Shown one piece after another: positions 25,556-28,056 of a DNA stretch of 28,056 nucleotides (the first letter of the stretch is position 1; each line of letters opens with the position of its first letter). Location: NCBI GenBank assembly GCA_049510745.1, contig JBEKYR010000056.1, forward strand, positions 1 to 28,056. Direction: 5' to 3'. Source of the DNA: Verrucomicrobiota bacterium (GTDB lineage: Bacteria; Verrucomicrobiota; Verrucomicrobiia; Limisphaerales; Palsa-1400). Made by a program: the position numbers and the translations under genes. Under the pieces are notes generated by a model, which ran no database searches, was not told where the DNA came from, and saw only the letters and a program-made list of their open reading frames with translations.

Positions 25556-26665
25556 TCAATGATGGCCCGCCAGGAGCGCGACCAGGCCGGCCGCCGCCAA
25601 GGCCCCCAGCACCGCCAGAGTGATCTTCACCCAGCTCTTGGGATATTTGCCGGCGATGACCCCGGTGTAGCCGTTGATGACGACTTGAAAATTCCGCGCG
25701 CCGTAGTTGTAAGTCAACAGCCAGATCGGCGTCAGGATGTGTTTGAAGGTCTGGCCGGAATAGTCCGCTTCCACTTGCAGATTTCGATGCGTGTCGCCGG
25801 GCACCTGGGCGGCGCAGAGGCGCTGCAGTTCCGCGTCCATTTCCTCGCGCGCTTCCTGGGCGGCGGCCACCAGGTCGATTTGATACCGCTCGACCACCCA
25901 GCCGGACAAGTAACCGGCGTTGTACGGCACCAGGTCGGTGGTGGTGGGGAACGGCTCGATTTTGCGGAGCATTTCCTCCTGCACCCCGCGCGAGGCCGGC
26001 ACCAATTCGTCGTCAAAAAAATGATCGAGCGCCCCGCTGCTCGGCGTCCAGCGGATTTTTTGCACCTGCCGCGTTTGGGTGTTGCCGTTGGCGTCGCGAT
26101 AGGTTTCCGTCTCGTAATAATAGTAGCCGCTCTCCGCCGTCCATTCGGCGTGGACCTGGGCGTCGAAGGTCCAGTAGGGAATGTAGAGGCCCTTGACGAG
26201 GTCGGTCAGCGCGCCGCGCGTGAGCCGGTTGGGGGCGAACCAGCGGCTGCCGTACCAGCGCCGGATGGACTCACGCACCTGCGTTTCGCTGAGCTTCATC
26301 GGCAACAGGCTTTCCGGCCGGAACGCCTCCTTGATTTCCTCGTAAGGCACCAGGGCCGTCGAGCCGCAAAAATCGCACCGCTGCCCGACCCGTTCGGGAT
26401 CGAAGACGGAAATGGCCTGGCAACTCTGGCATTTGACCGAGATTTTTTTCGCCTGCCAGCCGCGCTGCTCGTCGGGGATGCCGCGTAAGGCGGCGACCAG
26501 ATCGTGCTCGACGATCACCTGCTCGCCCTTGGCGTTGAGTTCGGCCTGGGCGGGCGAAGTCACACCGCAAAACGGGCAGACCAGCGCCTTTTTCGCCGGG
26601 TTCCATTGCGCCTCGCCGCCGCAGGCGGGGCAGGAGAATTTTTTCTGGGCCGTAGCGTCAAGCAT
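25556..26665 (-). CDS. Double zinc-ribbon protein with C-terminal TM helix (YdjG-like)
   Basis: CPACG...CPFCG and CQSCQ...CDFCG, GLYIPYWTFD, INGYTGVIAG.YP.SW.KI followed by a TM segment. Confidence 0.85.
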   Translation of the reverse strand: MLDATAQKKFSCPACGGEAQWNPAKKALVCPFCGVTSPAQAELNAKGEQVIVEHDLVAALRGIPDEQRGWQAKKISVKCQSCQAISVFDPERVGQRCDFCGSTALVPYEEIKEAFRPESLLPMKLSETQVRESIRRWYGSRWFAPNRLTRGALTDLVKGLYIPYWTFDAQVHAEWTAESGYYYYETETYRDANGNTQTRQVQKIRWTPSSGALDHFFDDELVPASRGVQEEMLRKIEPFPTTTDLVPYNAGYLSGWVVERYQIDLVAAAQEAREEMDAELQRLCAAQVPGDTHRNLQVEADYSGQTFKHILTPIWLLTYNYGARNFQVVINGYTGVIAGKYPKSWVKITLAVLGALAAAGLVALLAGHH

Positions 26666-26677
26666 GGGAGGGAATCA

Positions 26678-26756
26678 AGTCAGGAATGATTGTCAGAAGA
26701 ATAAAGACAAGAGGAATTCCTTCCGAAAAATTCCTCTGACAATCATTCCCCTGACT
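26678..26756. repeat. Long imperfect intergenic inverted repeat (REP/MITE-like)
   Basis: AGTCAGGAATGATTGTCAGAAGAAT pairs with ATTCCTCTGACAATCATTCCCCTGACT. Confidence 0.8.
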
Positions 26757-26764
26757 CAACGTCT

Positions 26765-27847
26765 TCAACTTTTCAGAAACTCATCCAGGGCCGACTTGCT
26801 CACGCGCCAGGCGGAGCCGATTTTTTTGCCTTTGAGATCGCCTTTTTCCAGGGTCGCCAGCACGTCGGCCTCGCTGACTCCCAATGCTCTGGCCACATCG
26901 GCCGGGCCGAGCCATTCGGCCGTCGAGCCGCCGCCGGGGATGACCGGCGGAGCGGAGCCAGGGGGACCGGCCGCCGGCGCGCTCTGAACGGTGTTCATGG
27001 CCGCCATCATCTGCTGGCCCATCGCCAGGCCCGCCCCCAGTTGCGCGGCGGAGTTGGCCAACCCGCCCCCGGCCCCGCCGCCCTGGGTCAGGGACTGCGC
27101 CATTTGGAATTTCACGTAATCGTTCAGGTTCCCCACCGCGGCCATGCTGCTGCGCTTGTCGATGGCTTGCTCGACTTCGGGCGGGACCGAGACGTTCTCG
27201 ACGATGAAACTCGAAATCTCGATGCCGTACTTGCTCGTCACCGCCGGATTGATGACCGGCAGCAAGGCCTCGCCCAATTCCAGGTAACGCGAGGCGACAT
27301 CCAGCACCGGCAGTTTCGCCGCCGCCAGCGCCTCGGTGAACACGCTGACAATGCGCGAGCGCATCGTGTCGGAAAACTCCTCCAGCCGGAAATGGCCGTC
27401 GGTGCCGGCGACTTCCTTGAGGAACAGTTTCACGTCGGTGACCTGGAAATCGAACGTGCCGAAGGCCCGCGCGCGCACGACTCCGAAATCGGCGTCGCGC
27501 AGCATGATCGGGTTGGCCGTGCCCCATTTGTTGCCGGTGAAAAGGCGGGTGTTGACGAAATAGACATCCGCCTTGAAGGGCGAATGCAGGCCGTATTTCC
27601 AGCCTTTGAGGGTGGAGAGAATGGGAATGTTGTCGGTGGTCAGCGTGTGTTTGCCCGGCCCGAAGGTGTCGCCAAACTGGCCCAGATAAACGAACTGCGC
27701 CACTTGCGACTCTCGGACGATGAGTTGCGCGCCATTTTTGATTTCCTTGTCCAGGTCCGGGTAGCGGAAGGAGAGGGTGTCGCGGGAATCGTCCTGCCAC
27801 TCGATGATTTCGAGGAACTGAGTTTTGAGATAATCCATCAAGCTCAT
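26765..27847 (-). CDS. SPFH/band-7 protein (YdjI-like) with C-terminal excisionase-type HTH
   Basis: LIVRESQVA, PGKHTLTTDNIPIL, SPFKADVYF, KWGT.NP, RAFGTF, ENVSVPPEV; C-terminal LGPADVARALGVS..DV...LEKGDLKGKKIGSAWRVSKSALDEFL. Confidence 0.9.
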   Translation of the reverse strand: MSLMDYLKTQFLEIIEWQDDSRDTLSFRYPDLDKEIKNGAQLIVRESQVAQFVYLGQFGDTFGPGKHTLTTDNIPILSTLKGWKYGLHSPFKADVYFVNTRLFTGNKWGTANPIMLRDADFGVVRARAFGTFDFQVTDVKLFLKEVAGTDGHFRLEEFSDTMRSRIVSVFTEALAAAKLPVLDVASRYLELGEALLPVINPAVTSKYGIEISSFIVENVSVPPEVEQAIDKRSSMAAVGNLNDYVKFQMAQSLTQGGGAGGGLANSAAQLGAGLAMGQQMMAAMNTVQSAPAAGPPGSAPPVIPGGGSTAEWLGPADVARALGVSEADVLATLEKGDLKGKKIGSAWRVSKSALDEFLKS

Positions 27848-27934
27848 GCTTTTGCGCCTTTCGTTGCGGGTATCATTCCCTCAAAACGCGAAAGTGTGAA
27901 CTACAAATTTCCGCCTTCTCTGTAATCGAAGAGG

Positions 27935-28056
27935 TCAGGACGCCGGGGGCGGAGGCACCGGCAGTTCCAGGGTGAAGGTGGCGCCCTTGCCGGGGCCGTC
28001 GCTCTGGCAGGTCAGCGAGCCGCCCAGTTGCTTGGCCGCCAGCGCGCCGCTGTGCA
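27935..28056 (-). CDS. C-terminus of a sensor histidine kinase (HATPase_c), truncated by the window
   Basis: Minus strand reads [43 protein letters not shown]. Not in the supplied ORF track. Confidence 0.85.
   Translation of the reverse strand, partial: HSGALAAKQLGGSLTCQSDGPGKGATFTLELPVPPPPAS

Noticed and set aside
25556..26665. PriA-like helicase
   Set aside because: Only zinc ribbons are shared; there are no Walker A or DExH motifs.

Overview
GC-rich bacterial chromosomal window. It is probably Verrucomicrobiota (Pedosphaera/Limisphaera-like); this is inferred from the prepilin/H-X9-DG protein, the short integrase C-terminus style and Thr-Asn-rich exported proteins. Left to right: the 3' part of a very large Cys/Trp-rich repeat protein; a minus-strand MacAB-TolC-type operon (adaptor with an 11-copy 18-bp repeat, ATPase, two permeases, TolC); a secreted Gly-rich protein; trpG/pabA, rpmE, prfA and a HAD phosphatase; a repeat-rich patch with an orphan antitoxin-like gene; a full-length but strongly remodelled 6-phosphogluconate dehydrogenase homologue behind a palindromic sigma-54-like site; a nuclease-fold gene coupled to aroB; an eroded islet (integrase remnant plus vapBC) at the 3' end of tRNA-Gln(UUG); a Tat-exported PaoABC-like molybdoenzyme operon with mocA and a small Cys-rich gene; a prepilin-type protein; a small lower-GC accessory patch; an SPFH-HTH/double zinc-ribbon pair; and the C-terminus of a histidine kinase. 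No CRISPR array, rRNA or intact mobile element was seen. The best candidates for undescribed biology are the remodelled Gnd homologue, the small Cys-rich gene in the Mo operon, the nested Cys-rich giant protein, the SPFH-HTH fusion and the Thr-Asn motif bias. All family assignments come from motif recognition by eye, not from database searches.
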